DNA of 64,000 nucleotides from Octopus vulgaris (taxonomy: Eukaryota): NCBI GenBank assembly GCA_951406725.2, contig OX597818.1:136152001-136216000 (forward strand), read 5' to 3'. Below are positions 39,840 through 52,756 of the stretch, piece after piece. The number at the start of each line of letters is the position of its first letter. Position 1 is the stretch's first letter. The position numbers and the translations under genes were made by a program. Under the pieces are notes generated by a model that was not told where the DNA came from, searched no databases, and worked only from the letters and a program-made list of their open reading frames with translations.

Positions 39840-40199
39840 CATGTTGATATATTTCCACAGTAGAGGGACGGTTCATAATCCCTACACAAAATATGTGTAT
39901 GAATTACCACATGAACATGTATATTACTTGCATAAGATTTTATATAATATTACCACAGAAAATATTGGTATATATTATAACAGAATCTTGCAAACCAAAT
40001 CCCAAAACGAATTATAACAGTAATTATCAATATAATAACTACTACAGTAAGTATTTCTATATTACCAAAGTAAATATTTATATTACCATATTAAGTATTG
40101 CTCTATTACCACAGTAAATTACCACTATGAATATTTATATATTACACTGTAATTATTTATATATATTTACAATAAGTGTTAATGTGTAGAATGTATAGT

Positions 40200-40590
40200 A
40201 TACAATGTGGGGAATATACCACCATCTTTGCCCAAACAACCTTAACATTAGTTTCAGAATTCATCCGAGGCTGGGACCACATATCATGCACCTCCTACAT
40301 AATTCAGGCTCACAACACATAAGTTCACTGCAACACAATTTCTTTTCCTCGACAGGCCCTGCTCTATTTAACATTATCCTAAAACAAATCAAAGGAAAAG
40401 ATTCCATCACCTTCAAATGAATCCTGGACAAATTTCTTCAAGGGATACCAGATAAGTCCCCTATATCTGGATATGTTTCACTCAACTACAACTCCCTACT
40501 TGACTTTAGAATGACTTAAGAGATTCTATCAGGTGGTGCTATAAAGTTAGACATGACCTGGATCAATTTTTTGCTGAAACATATCTAAGT
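40200..40590 (+). mobile_element. Old CR1/L2-group LINE 3' fragment
   Basis: FFSSTGPALFNI...FK*ILDKFLQGIPD; tail AGGTGGTGC..CATG..GCTGAAAC. Confidence 0.7.
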
Positions 40591-40681
40591 TAGACCGTTA
40601 GCTCCTACACGCGTTTTTTTCTCTCCTTGTTTCTCTCCTTGTTTCTTTTCTGTGTATCTTTCTGTCGAAGAGCATAGATAA

Positions 40682-40812
40682 GCAGAGTTTAGTGTCCAAT
40701 GAAGGAAAGGTAAGCATAAGTGGGCTGGTTACACTCCTGGCATAGGCCACAAGGTTATGGTCTCACTTGGTTTGCCGGGTCTTCTCAAGCACAGCATATT
40801 TCCAAAGATCTC
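40682..40812 (-). mobile_element. RTE LINE 3' end fragment
   Basis: RDLWKYAVLEKTRQTK* followed by a UTR. Confidence 0.6.
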
Positions 40813-40814
40813 AG

Positions 40815-40847
<33 letters not shown>

Positions 40848-41512
40848 ATGTGTGTGTCTTTGTGTTTGTGTTCTGTCCATGTAACTTAGTGGTTCAGCAA
40901 AAGGGATTGTTAGAATAAGTACCAAGACTAAAAAATAAGTACTGGAGTCAACTTGTTTGACTAAAATTCTTCAAGGTGGTGCCCCGTGTAGAGTAGAAGA
41001 AACTTGCTCAAGGCACTGGATTCAGTACCACATAATGGGACTGAACCCAAAACCTTGTGGTTGGGAGAGCAAACTTCCTGTCATATTTTTTGCCACATTA
41101 TTTTATTCCATAATTAGATTTTAATATCTTTAATTCAGAACTCTAATTGAAATTCTTCAAGGTACTCTGTAGTACTTTTAGCTATTTAATTAATACTTTA
41201 TCTAATTAATACTTAATTACAAAATCTCCATAAAAAGAATTTATATTTAAAACTTTGAACATACAATGTAATTAATAAGATCAAAACTAATTTTTAATTC
41301 TTCATATTGAAAAGACAAAAAGCAATGTAAGTAAAGGCTAGTATAATCTGTGGGTGGGGGGGGGGGGTAGTGAAGGCAATTGATTGATACAAAATCAATA
41401 ATGTCTTACAGGCAAGAAAGAACCAAAATTTTTATTAAGAGCTGGGTCTTTCACAAAGAGAACTTCCAGGCTTTCAAAGCTACAAAGGTTGCATAAAACT
41501 TTCTCTTCCTAC

Positions 41513-44397
41513 TATAATAATAATAATAATAATAATTGTGTACAGTGCTCAGGTGCACTACAACTCATCTAAAGTGTATATATAATCAGGTGAAGTTTCG
41601 GCGGATTTCGGAAAGCATGAGGGCCTTAAAAGATGCAGTGTCATGGCAGTCAACAACTGACGCAGGCAGTTTATTCCATGCTTCAGCAACTCTGAGCGTG
41701 AAAAAATGTTTCCGAAAGTCATGGGAGCTGTATTGTTTTCTGACTTTGTAGGCATGTCCACGTGTGTTAGACACATGGAGATCAAAAAGGTGTTCAGTGT
41801 TGTTGTTGGTGAGGTGGTTGATAACTTTGTGGGTGTTTACCAAGTCCGTCGCCAAACGCCGGAGCTTCAGTGAATCCATGCCCAGGGAAACAAGGCGCTC
41901 AGAATATGGTAGGTGTCTGATGGAGGGTATGCGTTTGGTTGCACGTCTCTGGACAGATTCCAGGAGGTCAATGTTCTGTGCAAGATAGGGGTTCCAAACT
42001 GATGATGCGAATTCCAAGTGTGGTCGTACCATAGCTGTATACAGTTTTAAATAGATGGCTGGAGAGCGGCTAACAAAAGACCTGCTGAGTGATGCCAAGA
42101 CACCCTCGGCCTTCCTGACAATCTTAGAGATATGCTTTGACCAACGCAAATCACTGCTGACAGTGATGCCTAGGTCACGCTCGCAAGAGGATTTCTTGAT
42201 ATCAGTGTTGTGGAGGGAGTATGTGAACGCAGGGTTTTTTCTCCCAAAATGCATGGTGGTACACTTGTCCACAGCCAGTTTCAGTTGCCAGTCTGTGATC
42301 CATTGCTGCATTGTGTCTAGGTCTGATTGCAGGAAAGAGTTGTAGACATCAGGATCTGTCCTCTTGATTTCAAGGTACAGCTTGATGTCGTCTGCATATT
42401 TCAATACTGTGGCATTCTTTAAATTGGCATCTATGTCGTTAATGTATGCCACAAACAAGAGGGGGCCAAGGACAGATCCCTGTGGTACACCCGATGACAT
42501 CTCATATGGTGTAGAGTGCTGTCCTAGAACTGTGACTACCTCCTTTCGGCTGAGGATGAAGGATTTCAACCAGTTAAAAAGGTCATCCCCCACACCCATT
42601 CCAGAGAGTTTCACCATAAGCCTTTTGTGTGGCACAGAGTTGAAAGCCTTAGCAAAGTCAAGGTAGACAACATCCACCCATGAGCCACTGTCAGTAATCT
42701 GAGTAATGTCCTCAAGGAACTCGACAAGCTGGTCACTGCAGCTGGAGTTAGGGACAAATCCATATTGTGAGGGTCGGATGAGACTGTGAGAGCTCCAGAA
42801 GTTCCAGAGTGTTTCTCTGACACACGATTCCATCAGTTTTGCAATACAGCTAGTGAGACTGACTGGGCGATAGTTGACAGGTGATGTGCGGTCGCCCTTT
42901 TTGAACAGAGGAATGACACTGGCAGTTTTCCACTGCTCCGGAGTAGCACCATTGTTGAGACAGTACTGGAAGAAAATAGAAAGCTGGTGTAAAAGGAAGT
43001 GCCTGCCACGTTTGAGAAGCAGGTATGTAACTCCATCGAGACCAGGGGAGGCATAGTTGCGCTTATTTTGAAGGTGACGTCGCAGCATTGCAGGTGTAAA
43101 TTCCATAGTTGTTATGGAGTTTGCTGTTAGTGATGGTGAAGATGGTACATTTTGACTTTCAACAGTGAATATGTTTGCATAGCACTCGGCAATGAGTTCT
43201 GCGCATTCCTTGGGGTCGTCAGTGATCTGGTTTGTGTGAGGGTTGCGAAGAGGGCCCACTGGAGAGTGAGGTCTCTGCTTTGAGTGCACATATTTCCAGA
43301 AAACCTTGCTGTCAGGATTGGCTGCTATGCACTGTTCAAATTCAAGCACTGCTTTTTTTGTCACTTGCTTGAGATGGTTGGAGGATTTATTCCGCTTCTT
43401 CCTGTTGGTGTCTGATTTATGCAACCTGTATTCCCGTTCAGCAGTCCGACGTTCCCTCCTGGCAAGTCGGACCGCTGAAGTTTCCCAAATTGCCCTTTTG
43501 GGGCGGTTCTTCTTTTTTTGTTTACGTGGCACTGATGCTGCACATGCTGCCCATATTGAGTCCAGGATACTCTGGAGTATAGTATTCACATCTCCAGAGT
43601 TGTAGAATTCACGCCAGTTTGGGTGCTGTAGTTCAGTGTGGTACAGGTTCCAATCTGCTCTCTTCCAATCGAAGGAAGCAGATTGGAGATGGTTCAGGTT
43701 TTTGTTGCCCGCAAGAGCCAGATTGGCGATGATCATAGCATGATCAGAGTCACCTAGAGGTTCCTCCGTAGTGCAATTGATAACCGCTTCAGGAGTTGTG
43801 GTGAAGAGCAGGTCCAAGGTGTTGTCGCCTCTTGTTGGAGAGGTGACTACTTGTGACCAGTTTGAGTCCAGCACAAGCTCAACAAAATCGTTTGCACTCT
43901 GTGGCCAATGGAAGGTCTCCCAATCGATCTCAGGATGATTGAAATCGCCTGCAATAAACACATAAGTGGCTGTTTTCCTGGCAGCAGCTCGGAGGACATT
44001 GCAAAGCTGTGTGTCCCGATGGTAACTTGGGGGACGATAAACAACGCCAAGCAGGAGTGTTGACATGGTCATACGCACGTCACAGAAAAAAACTTCTTCT
44101 TGTGATTCGTTCAAATCGGCACAAGGAATTACCAAAAAATTTGAACGAACGTAGACCATCACACCACCACCACGGCGGTTAGTGCGGTCCTTACGGAAGA
44201 GGTTGTACCCCGTAATGTTGAAAACCCCATCACAGAGTAAGGAATGCGCCCATGTTTCCGTGACAGTGATGAAGTCAGGGTCAACACTTCTGACGTAGGC
44301 GTTGAACAAATGTATTTTGTTGCATAAACTGCGAGCATTTAAGGACAACAATTTGTACCCTGCTCGCAGTTTATGATGGTGTGTAGAGGATGGCAGC
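41513..44397 (-). mobile_element. Young 5'-truncated CR1/L2-group LINE
   Basis: Intact ORF2, short 3' UTR with hairpin, (TTA)n tail; CpG retained in a CpG-poor context; possible CTATAA TSD. Confidence 0.93.
41586..44351 (-). CDS. LINE ORF2 (APE endonuclease + reverse transcriptase), 921 aa, no ATG start
   Basis: APE motifs NARSL, VTETW, GDFN, TLDL, SDH; RT motifs NYRPVSLT, YLDFAKAF, GVPQGSVLGP, YADD; uninterrupted. Confidence 0.95.
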   Translation of the reverse strand: MLSLNARSLCNKIHLFNAYVRSVDPDFITVTETWAHSLLCDGVFNITGYNLFRKDRTNRRGGGVMVYVRSNFLVIPCADLNESQEEVFFCDVRMTMSTLLLGVVYRPPSYHRDTQLCNVLRAAARKTATYVFIAGDFNHPEIDWETFHWPQSANDFVELVLDSNWSQVVTSPTRGDNTLDLLFTTTPEAVINCTTEEPLGDSDHAMIIANLALAGNKNLNHLQSASFDWKRADWNLYHTELQHPNWREFYNSGDVNTILQSILDSIWAACAASVPRKQKKKNRPKRAIWETSAVRLARRERRTAEREYRLHKSDTNRKKRNKSSNHLKQVTKKAVLEFEQCIAANPDSKVFWKYVHSKQRPHSPVGPLRNPHTNQITDDPKECAELIAECYANIFTVESQNVPSSPSLTANSITTMEFTPAMLRRHLQNKRNYASPGLDGVTYLLLKRGRHFLLHQLSIFFQYCLNNGATPEQWKTASVIPLFKKGDRTSPVNYRPVSLTSCIAKLMESCVRETLWNFWSSHSLIRPSQYGFVPNSSCSDQLVEFLEDITQITDSGSWVDVVYLDFAKAFNSVPHKRLMVKLSGMGVGDDLFNWLKSFILSRKEVVTVLGQHSTPYEMSSGVPQGSVLGPLLFVAYINDIDANLKNATVLKYADDIKLYLEIKRTDPDVYNSFLQSDLDTMQQWITDWQLKLAVDKCTTMHFGRKNPAFTYSLHNTDIKKSSCERDLGITVSSDLRWSKHISKIVRKAEGVLASLSRSFVSRSPAIYLKLYTAMVRPHLEFASSVWNPYLAQNIDLLESVQRRATKRIPSIRHLPYSERLVSLGMDSLKLRRLATDLVNTHKVINHLTNNNTEHLFDLHVSNTRGHAYKVRKQYSSHDFRKHFFTLRVAEAWNKLPASVVDCHDTASFKALMLSEIRRNFT

Positions 44398-44718
44398 TAT
44401 AAAAAGAAAAAAACAAAAACCTAGACTAAGAAGACGCATATCAAAGGCATTCTGTTTATAACTATTCTATATATTTTTTATCAGGCAATAACCTGTCTAA
44501 TGCAGTAGTTCTCAACGGGGGTCCTTATAAGATTTTGTTATTAAAATTTATGTACAATAAATTGGTTATAATTCTACAATTCACAAAATATTATAACAAA
44601 CTTTTAGGCAAATTCTGAACAATATTTAATTATAAAAATATAATATGATGTTTTTTTTTTTGCCCTTTGACATTCAAATGTTTTGCTTATTTATTCATAT
44701 TATTTTGAATTAATCATA

Positions 44719-45144
44719 GGCACAGGAGTGGCTGTGTGGTAAGTAGCTTGCTTACCAACTGCATGGTTCCGGGTTCAGTCCCACTGTGTGGCACCTTGAG
44801 CAAGTGTCTTCTACTATAGCCTCGGGCCAACCAAAGCCTTGTGAGTGGATTTAGTTGACAGAAACTGAAAAAAACCAGTCGTGTATGTGTATATGTATAT
44901 ATATGTATATGTACATACATGTATATGTATATATATGTGTGTGTGTTTGTCTCTCTGTGTTTGTCTCCCCCAACATCGCTTGACAACTGATGCTGGTTCA
45001 GCAAAAAGAGAATGATAGAATAAGTACTATTCTATCAAAGAATAAGTCCTGGGGGCGATTTGCTCAACTAAAGGCAGTGCTCCAGCATGGCCACAGTCAA
45101 ATGACTGAAACAAGTAAAAGAGTAAAAGTGTAAAAAAGAGAGAG
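44719..45144 (+). mobile_element. SINE family B
   Basis: Match to 3477-3883 with a small internal deletion. Confidence 0.9.
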
Positions 45145-45147
45145 TAT

Positions 45148-45304
45148 ACTTTATCTCATAACTTCAATATTTTAATGATGTCATTGTATATTTTTGGAAT
45201 GACTCTGTAGGGTTGGTGTGAGAGGTTAGATCTGGCCAGTTTGAACATAAAACAAGTAGAATATTTTGGCCAGGTATGGCTGGTTTAAATGCTCAAGAGT
45301 TAAG
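45148..45304 (-). mobile_element. piggyBac-like MITE fragment, same family as 51574
   Basis: Reverse complement of the left part of 51574-51794; ends GAG-TTAA. Confidence 0.65.
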
Positions 45305-45855
45305 CATCGAATTACTATAGGGGTCCATCTGAGTAAAATAGGAATCAAGGGGGTTCCACAGACACAAAATGGCTGAGGACCAAAGGTCTAGTGTGTCCTT
45401 CCATCTTATAAGACAACAGTGTGGTTTGATGGACATTTGGCTACTATTCCTAGCAGGTACACTTCTTTACAGATTTCTTTACTGTCTAGTAGTATGAGGT
45501 AGTTATTGGTATTGCAGTTGGGGTGGTGCTTCTATACAGATTTTGAAGTGTAGTGTAGTATATTCTGTGAAGAAAAGTTGTGTGGTTAAATGTATCTTCA
45601 AATAGGTCATACAAACATATACATACATCACATCTACAGAAACACAGATACACACATATACAAATAAGTGCAGACAGACACACTCTCTCTCATGCACATC
45701 TGCACACACACATCCACACACACATTAAAATATTTCACTCCACACATATACAAATTCATACACATATGAACATATATAAATGTATATACAAAGGGACTCG
45801 TATTACACAGATATATGCACCTATAGATAGGCATACTTAACACAAATACACATAT

Positions 45856-46086
45856 ATTTCTTTACTGCCCACAAGGGGCTAAACATTTAACCACAAACAA
45901 AGACAGACAAAGGGATTAAGTCGATTACATTGACCCCAGTGCAAAACTGGTACTTTATTTATCAACTCCGAAAGGATAAAAGGCAAAGTCGACCTCGGCG
46001 GAATTTGAATTCAGAACGTAATGACAGACGAAATACCGCTAAGCATTTCGCCCGGTGCGCTAACATTTCTGCCAGCTCGCCGCCTT
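45856..46086 (-). mobile_element. tRNA-derived SINE family C, full length
   Basis: Head AAGGCGGCGAGCTGGCAGAA, B box GAATTCAAATTCC, central GCCTTTTATCCTTTCGGAGTTGATAAATAAAGTACCAG (Meta-domain-like, inference). Confidence 0.85.
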
Positions 46087-47093
46087 AGACAAACTACACA
46101 TAGACAAACACATATATATTTGCATACACAATACACACACAGAAACACATTTAATGCCCAAACCAAAGTAGTTTGAATCTAAAGAATTTCACAGTAGTAT
46201 TTTCCCTGCTGGGCCCTAACCTGGACAAATTAGCTGCTTCATTGCATTTAAGGTTAGGCAACGAAGCCAAAACAATTTGCTGGTGCTAAACATGAATGTC
46301 AGTGAAATATTTTATACCCTGATAACATTTAAAAGATTGGGAGTAAACAATTATAGTTCTACCTTTAAATAATATGAGAAGAAAATTACACGAGTATGAA
46401 TGTGACTGCAATCAGGACAGACCTATTGTAGCATAATTGACTGAGATTATATTGATCAGAGGCTGTCATTAGTAGCCAAGGCTGTCATGTGACAGTGGTT
46501 GTCACAGTAACAGGGATGCATGTTTTCATATCTGATATCTGTATTGTTCAGTGTGGCTTTGGAAGATTATTGGACTGTAGCCATGTTGGGGCAGCACTTC
46601 ACCTTAAAGGATTTTTTTAGTCTTGGTACTTATTTACTTATTTTTTTGAGCCCGGTACTTATTCTGAACAGCTTCTTATGCTGAGCTGTTAAGTTCCAGG
46701 ATGTAAACGGACTGACACCAGTTGTCTGTCAAATGGTGGTGGGACAAACACAAAGACACATGCATATGCATACATATATACATACATATACGTACATACA
46801 TACATACATACATACATACATACATACATACATACATACATACATACATACATGCAAACATACATACATACATATATATATATATATAATATATAATATT
46901 ATATAATATTATATATTATATATATAATATATATATGCCAAATATATACGTTTTATTTACTTTTTTGCAAATTAATTAATCATTGTTATATGTTTTATCT
47001 TATATTTAATCTTTCTATAATATGTAATTTTTCTAAATGGTATAATTTAATTTTTCATTATTGAATTGATAAAGGGTGTTTTTTTTTCTAATT

Positions 47094-47137
<44 letters not shown>

Positions 47138-47649
47138 CCATGATGATTCGGTTTCTGACTGAAGATTGAAGGCTTCGAATGACTTGTCTGTTTTCCGTGT
47201 TCGTACCTTCGTGTATTTCACGTTCTTTATATATAAATTTTTATTCCTATATATATATATATATATATATAGCCATGAACCATGTGATTGAGAAGCAAAC
47301 TGCTTACCACACAACCATGTTATTGTTGTTGATGCTATTGTCATTGTCAGTGTGGTTGTAATTTTCCCAGTAGTGAGATTTCATACAATAAATCTTTTCA
47401 CCTTTGTGGATGAATGGAGTCAGAGAAACTAACAGTCTCTTGTATGGTACTGCAATATAGTTTATATGAATCATCGATTCTTTGCAAGGAAGGCGTGACA
47501 AAAAAATGTTTATTTGTCCATTGAGGAAAGTAGGTAAACTGGTTAGGGCTATATTTATACAGAAACCACCATCGCCCCCATTCACCTTAGTTAAAAAGGG
47601 TTTAGCTTTTCATTATTTGCCTTGTCATAATGTTTGCCTTGTCATACCT

Positions 47650-48063
47650 ATTTCTTTATTACCCACAAAGGGCTAAACACAGAGGGAACAAACAAGGACA
47701 GACATAGGTATTAAGTCGATTACATCGACCCCAGTGCGTAACTGGTACTTCATTTATCGACCCCGAAAGGATGAAAGGCAAAGTTGACCTCGGCGGAATT
47801 TGAACTCACAACGTAACGGCAGACGAAATACCTATTTCTTTATTACCCACAAGGGGCTAAACACAGAGGGAACAAACAAGGACAGCCATAGGTATTAAGT
47901 CGATTACATCGACCCCAGTTCGTAACTGGTACTTAATTTATCGACCCCGAAAAGATAAAAGGCAAAGTCGACCTCGGCGGAATTTGAACTCACAACGTAA
48001 CACAGACGAAATACCGCTCAGCATTTCGCCCGGCGTGCTAACGTTTCTACCAGCTCGCTGCCT
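47650..48063 (-). mobile_element. SINE family C head-to-tail dimer
   Basis: Full copy plus head-truncated copy; flanking duplication GCCTTGTCATACCT. Confidence 0.9.
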
Positions 48064-48074
48064 TGTCATACCTT

Positions 48075-48380
48075 AAGCCTTTCATTCCTTAAGGAGCATA
48101 GGCCAGTGACAACTTTTTTCCACTGTTCTCATGCTGGGCTGTAAGGTTTTTTTGCCCCAGATCTTGGGTTTGAATTGTCAATGATGCTTCAGTGGCTTTG
48201 CTTTTTTCTAAGCAGGACTGTTGACCCTGTACAAAAACCCAATTTTACTTCTGAGAAGAGAGGGATCCGTATTAGTCTATTCTCTATCTTTTTGACTTGT
48301 CCAGCTGGACAAGGAGCTCGCATCCCATTGGCATAACTCTCAGGGTCATTGATGGACACAAGCCACCACATCACAACAAA
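48075..48380 (-). mobile_element. Bipartite RTE-derived non-autonomous element
   Basis: RTE-like 5' end (TTGTTGTGATGTGGTGGCTTGTGTCC..ATGACCCTGAGAG) joined to an RTE-like 3' end (GGCCTATGCTCC). Confidence 0.45.
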
Positions 48381-48956
48381 ACCTGGACCTTGTAGGCGGT
48401 ATGTCATACATAGCATATCCTACATTATATGTCAGTAAGAGTTCAACAACTCTCTCATTTCCACATTTGATATTTGGTAGCCATTTTGGCTATACAAAAT
48501 CTTTCTTGTTTTCGCTTGGTGCTCAGCAGTTTGAGCAGTTATTTGTTCTTATTCTATCTACTATAACGTTACTAAAGGTTGCACATTGTGAAATCAGTCA
48601 TTCTTGCTCACATTTTCAGCTGTCTTAAATAACCAGATGTTTAAGCTGAACAAGAAACAAAATTGCTGAATCATTTTCTGTAATATCACACATATAAATA
48701 ACACTATGGTTGACAACACACATTCATAATATTAGACTTCATATATATGAAAATATTTATTATAAATTCCCTACAACATGTTGTATATAAACCTTCTCTT
48801 TATTAATGTTGTGATTTGAAGCTTGTTATGTTTCTCTCTCTGTTTTATTGTTCATTCTTAATCTGTATTTATTTTCTTGCCTTTGTGAGAGCAGGTGCCA
48901 TTTATATACACATACATAAATGCATAAAATATACAATATTTGTATGCATATGATAT

Positions 48957-49015
<59 letters not shown>

Positions 49016-49493
49016 TATATATACACACACACACACACACGTGTATGTGTATATGTATTCATACTCAAACATATATGTGCGTGTGTGTGATTGTGTGTAA
49101 AGGCGTGTAGCCTAGTGGTTAGGGTGTTGTACTTGTGATCTGTAGATTATAAGTTTGATTTCTAGACCAAGTGGCACTTAGTGTTTTTGAGCAAAACATT
49201 TCATTTGCACATTGCCCCAGTTCACTCAGCTATAAATGGGCGATCCCTTCGATGGAGTAGCCTTCCAATCAGGGGTAATGTTGGCCTCCTAGCTAGCAGG
49301 GTGGCATCATTTCAAAGCATTGTGACCATCAAGGTATAAAGTCTTTAGTCAAATGAATCAAGTCAAGTACTTTTTTTAAAGCCTGGTATTATTCTCTCAA
49401 TCTCTTTTGTTGAACTGCTAAATTATATGAGAAGAGACTGATAAAATAAGTATACAGACATTAATAAAATAACTTTATAGACTATATAGACAT

Positions 49494-49780
49494 TAGTGGT
49501 TAGGGCTCATGATCATAAGGTTGTGAGTTCAATTCTCAGCAACATGTTGTGTCCTTGAGCAAGACACTTTATTTTATGTTGCTCCAGTTCACTCAGCTGG
49601 CAAAAATGAGTTGTACCTGTATTTCAAAGGGCCAGTCTTGTCACACTCTGTGCCACACTGAATCTCCCTGAGAACTACGTTAAGGGTACATGTGTCTATG
49701 GAGTGCTCAGCCTCTTGTACGTTAATTTCACATTGATCGTATCAGCTGGGACCCTCGTCATTGTAATCGACTGAGTACTC
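49494..49780 (+). mobile_element. Degenerate SINE with a family A tail
   Basis: GTACCTGTATTTCAAAGGGCC...GAGAACTACGTTAAGGGTAC. Confidence 0.7.
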
Positions 49781-50584
49781 TTATAGATATTGGGAAATGA
49801 AAGCAATTATCTCAGAATGACAGGAGAGCTACGTTATGAGAAATATGAAGGTATTTTATCACAACAATACCACTAAGCATTTCACCTGGCGTGCTAGCGT
49901 TTCTGCCAGCTCGCCACCTTTGAGGTGTCAATGTTCACTGAGTCCTGCAATTCACATCAGTTCACGTGGATAGCTGTGCTTTTCATTGATGGACTAGCTG
50001 AGTGTTCCCCCATCCTTCTTTCAGTTTCTGTCTACCAAATCCACTCACAAGGCTTTGGTTGACCTGTGGCTCAAATTGAAGACACTTGCTCAAGATGTCA
50101 TACAGTGGGAATGAACTTGGGACCATGTGGTTGAGAAGCAAGCATTTTGCCACACAGCCACACCTGAAAAATAAATTTATTCAAGAATTTTAGTCTTCTT
50201 GAAGAGTCAAAGACGATTAAGAACATTCTGTAACAATAAAACAATAAAGCACAAGGGTTCTAGAGGTTTTCTCTGATTCTTGATAAATGGAAAGAAGTGT
50301 TTGATAATTTGATGCTGCTATTTTGCCTTTGAAGAACTAATGTTCACTTTAAAATATTATAAGAAACAATTTCAGTGAGCAGCATGCTTGAATGATCTGC
50401 TAGCAAAGGTATTTTTAAAGAGGTGGAGTACAGTCTGATTTGGAAACCCCTAGGATGTCTTATATTTCATAGCAGAAAAATATGTGTAGCATAGAAAAAG
50501 GTTCTTATGGGACAAATCAACAAAATCTGTGACAAATAGGATTTACAAAATGTGCTTCCGGCATGGGGGCCAGGCAAGGTCCAT

Positions 50585-50856
50585 TGCCAGCCTCGCCTGG
50601 CCCCCATGCCGGTGGCACGTAAAAGCACCATCCGTTCGTGGTCGTTTGCCAGCTCTGTCTGGCACCTGTGCGGGTGGCACGTAAAAAGCATCCACTACAC
50701 TCTCGGCGCGGTTGGCGTTAGGAAGGGCATCCAGCCATAGAAACACTGCCAGATCAGACTTGGCCTGATGCGGCCTTCCGGCTTCACAAACCCCAGTTGA
50801 ACCGTCCAACCCATGCTAGCATGGAAAACGGACGCTAAATGATGATGATGATGATG
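50585..50856 (+). mobile_element. RTE-associated repeat family D
   Basis: Near-identical to 37838-38113; (GAT)n tail. Confidence 0.85.
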
Positions 50857-50879
50857 AAAACCCCTAATGTTTCATGATA

Positions 50880-52060
50880 TTATTCATCAATAGGTATTTT
50901 GCAGAAAATCTTTAGATCTGTCATATATGATGGAACCGGCTGTATCATCTATGAATTTTATTTGGTTGCACGCATTTAATCATCACCAATTTTAAATAAT
51001 TTTGAAGGAAATAAAAGATGAATATAACAATTTGTCATACTGTAATACTGTAAGGTGTTTTAGAAGCAGAAATAGTTAGAAAACAACTTTTCTGAACTTC
51101 AGGTGAAGATTGACTTTTTTTTTCTGAATGAGAAAACTTGTACTCAGCTGCTACTTGTAAATGATGGATGGTTGTAGAGCCTGACATTATCGGCTGACTT
51201 AACGGCACATCTTAACAAGATCGGTCTTAGATGGCAAGGTGATTTTGAACATATCTGTGATATATACACGGTTGTGAAAGCTTTTTCACATAAATTAACC
51301 TTTCTTCATTCCCGGTGAGTAATAAATAACTTTAAACCACTTGGCCTGCTGCAAAAAATACAAACAAGAAATGAAATATTCCATTTCCTTTAAAATTTAC
51401 CCAAGACATTCTCACTTTTCTGAAGCTATGACAAAATTTACAGTATTTTTCCGATCTTGGTGAAAATGTAAGCACCTTTCAAAATCAATTTTGACTATAT
51501 TTTCAAGGAATTTCCTTCAGATCTTCAACTGGAATTTATTGACCTGCAATCAATGTTAAAAGTAAAATACTAACCCTTTAGCATTTAAACCGGCCATATC
51601 CGGCCAAAAGTATTCTGCCTGTTTTATGTTCAAACTGGCCAGATCTGGTCTCTCACACCAACCCTACAATATCGTTTTAAAAATTAACAGCTACCTCATC
51701 AAAATCTCATAGCTACAAGATAATGCATGATTAGTTCAAAACAATGTGGATGAAAAAGCATTAATTTTGGCAGAATAATGTGAACACTAAAGGGTTAAAG
51801 GAAAAACAGGATTGGCTTTTATTTAATGTCTCCACGATAAAGAATGTACTTCTTTAAAATCCTTTACTCAAAGATGGACTTCAACATTTGGTAGAGCATA
51901 TTTATGAAGAACACATTAAAAAATTAACTATATTATATCTATTTGTAGATCAGTGTTAATTGGTCACAATTTATGGTTCAGATTTGATTGCAGGCATCAT
52001 ACCACAAACTTTCAATGACAATTTGACAATATCTTATCCTCATGTAAAAAGAATTTCATA
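50880..52060 (+). pseudogene. Decayed hAT (SPIN/GTF2IRD2-like) transposase C-terminal half
   Basis: ADLTAHLNKIGLRWQG...ICDIYTVVKAF, DLQLEFIDLQS, STFGRAYL (hAT dimerisation-like); many stops. Confidence 0.7.
51574..51794. mobile_element. piggyBac-like MITE
   Basis: (C)TAA-CCCTTTAG...CTAAAGGG-TTAA; interrupts the hAT relic. Confidence 0.85.
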
Positions 52061-52306
52061 GTTCTCTATTTATGTCAGTATATTACTGTAATAAAAAAAA
52101 ACCCCCATTAAAGTAATTAAAAAAAACAAGCAGTTTTATAATCTTGTGTAATCACAGTTTCATATTTTTCTACTTTGGTCCCCAAAACGTAAAATATGCC
52201 CAATCTAGCTTGCATTTGAGTGAGGACTTAGTCCATGAGATTAATACTAGTGCTTCAGTGTTTATATTTATCAACCACAGGAAAAGGGAGGGCAGAATTG
52301 ACTTAA

Positions 52307-52745
52307 CCCTTTCGAAAGAAAGGATAGTTAGTGGTTTCCCATAACCTTAAATGAAATTAAGACTATTTTGCCATAAATATTATTATGGGTATCAGAAAGT
52401 TACCCAGAATAACAAATTCTATCGTAAAATTTTGTTGTATACCCAATTGAATATTAGCTAATAACCCATTTTCTATAGCGATGTTTGAACAAAATTTTAA
52501 TAATTTTATATTTTGTTGAATTTACCTGTATCTATCTGCAATTAGAGTCACTTTGTGACAAAAATTATAGTATAGAATTGGTTGAGAACATTTCATTAAA
52601 TTATCTTCCAAAATTCACGTTAATATATTGATAAATAAAAAAGTTATAGTTGTTTAATGAAACCAGACTAAATTTATGATTATGTAAGAAATTAATTGAA
52701 ACACATAAGGGGTGTATTTTGGTCAGAAATATAGTAACGAAAGGG
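52307..52745. mobile_element. piggyBac-like non-autonomous element
   Basis: TTAA-CCCTTTCG...CGAAAGGG-TTAA. Confidence 0.85.
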
Positions 52746-52756
52746 TTAAATAAGAT

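Larger units (their letters stand above)
44503..45385 (+). mobile_element. hAT (Charlie-like) MITE with nested SINE B and piggyBac-like MITE
   Basis: CAGTAGTTCTCAAC start, degenerate right TIR, 8-bp TSD GTCTAATG/GTCTAGTG. Confidence 0.65.

Noticed and set aside
41764-43605. Plus-strand and alternative-frame ORFs overlapping the LINE
   Set aside because: Shadow ORFs of ORF2
41586-44351. Retron/DGR/group II intron-type RT system
   Set aside because: N-terminal APE domain and simple-repeat tail define a eukaryotic LINE
47150-47195. HHR-like CTGAAGA-TTGAAG..TTCGAA motif
   Set aside because: GAAA box destroyed; at most a decayed PLE remnant
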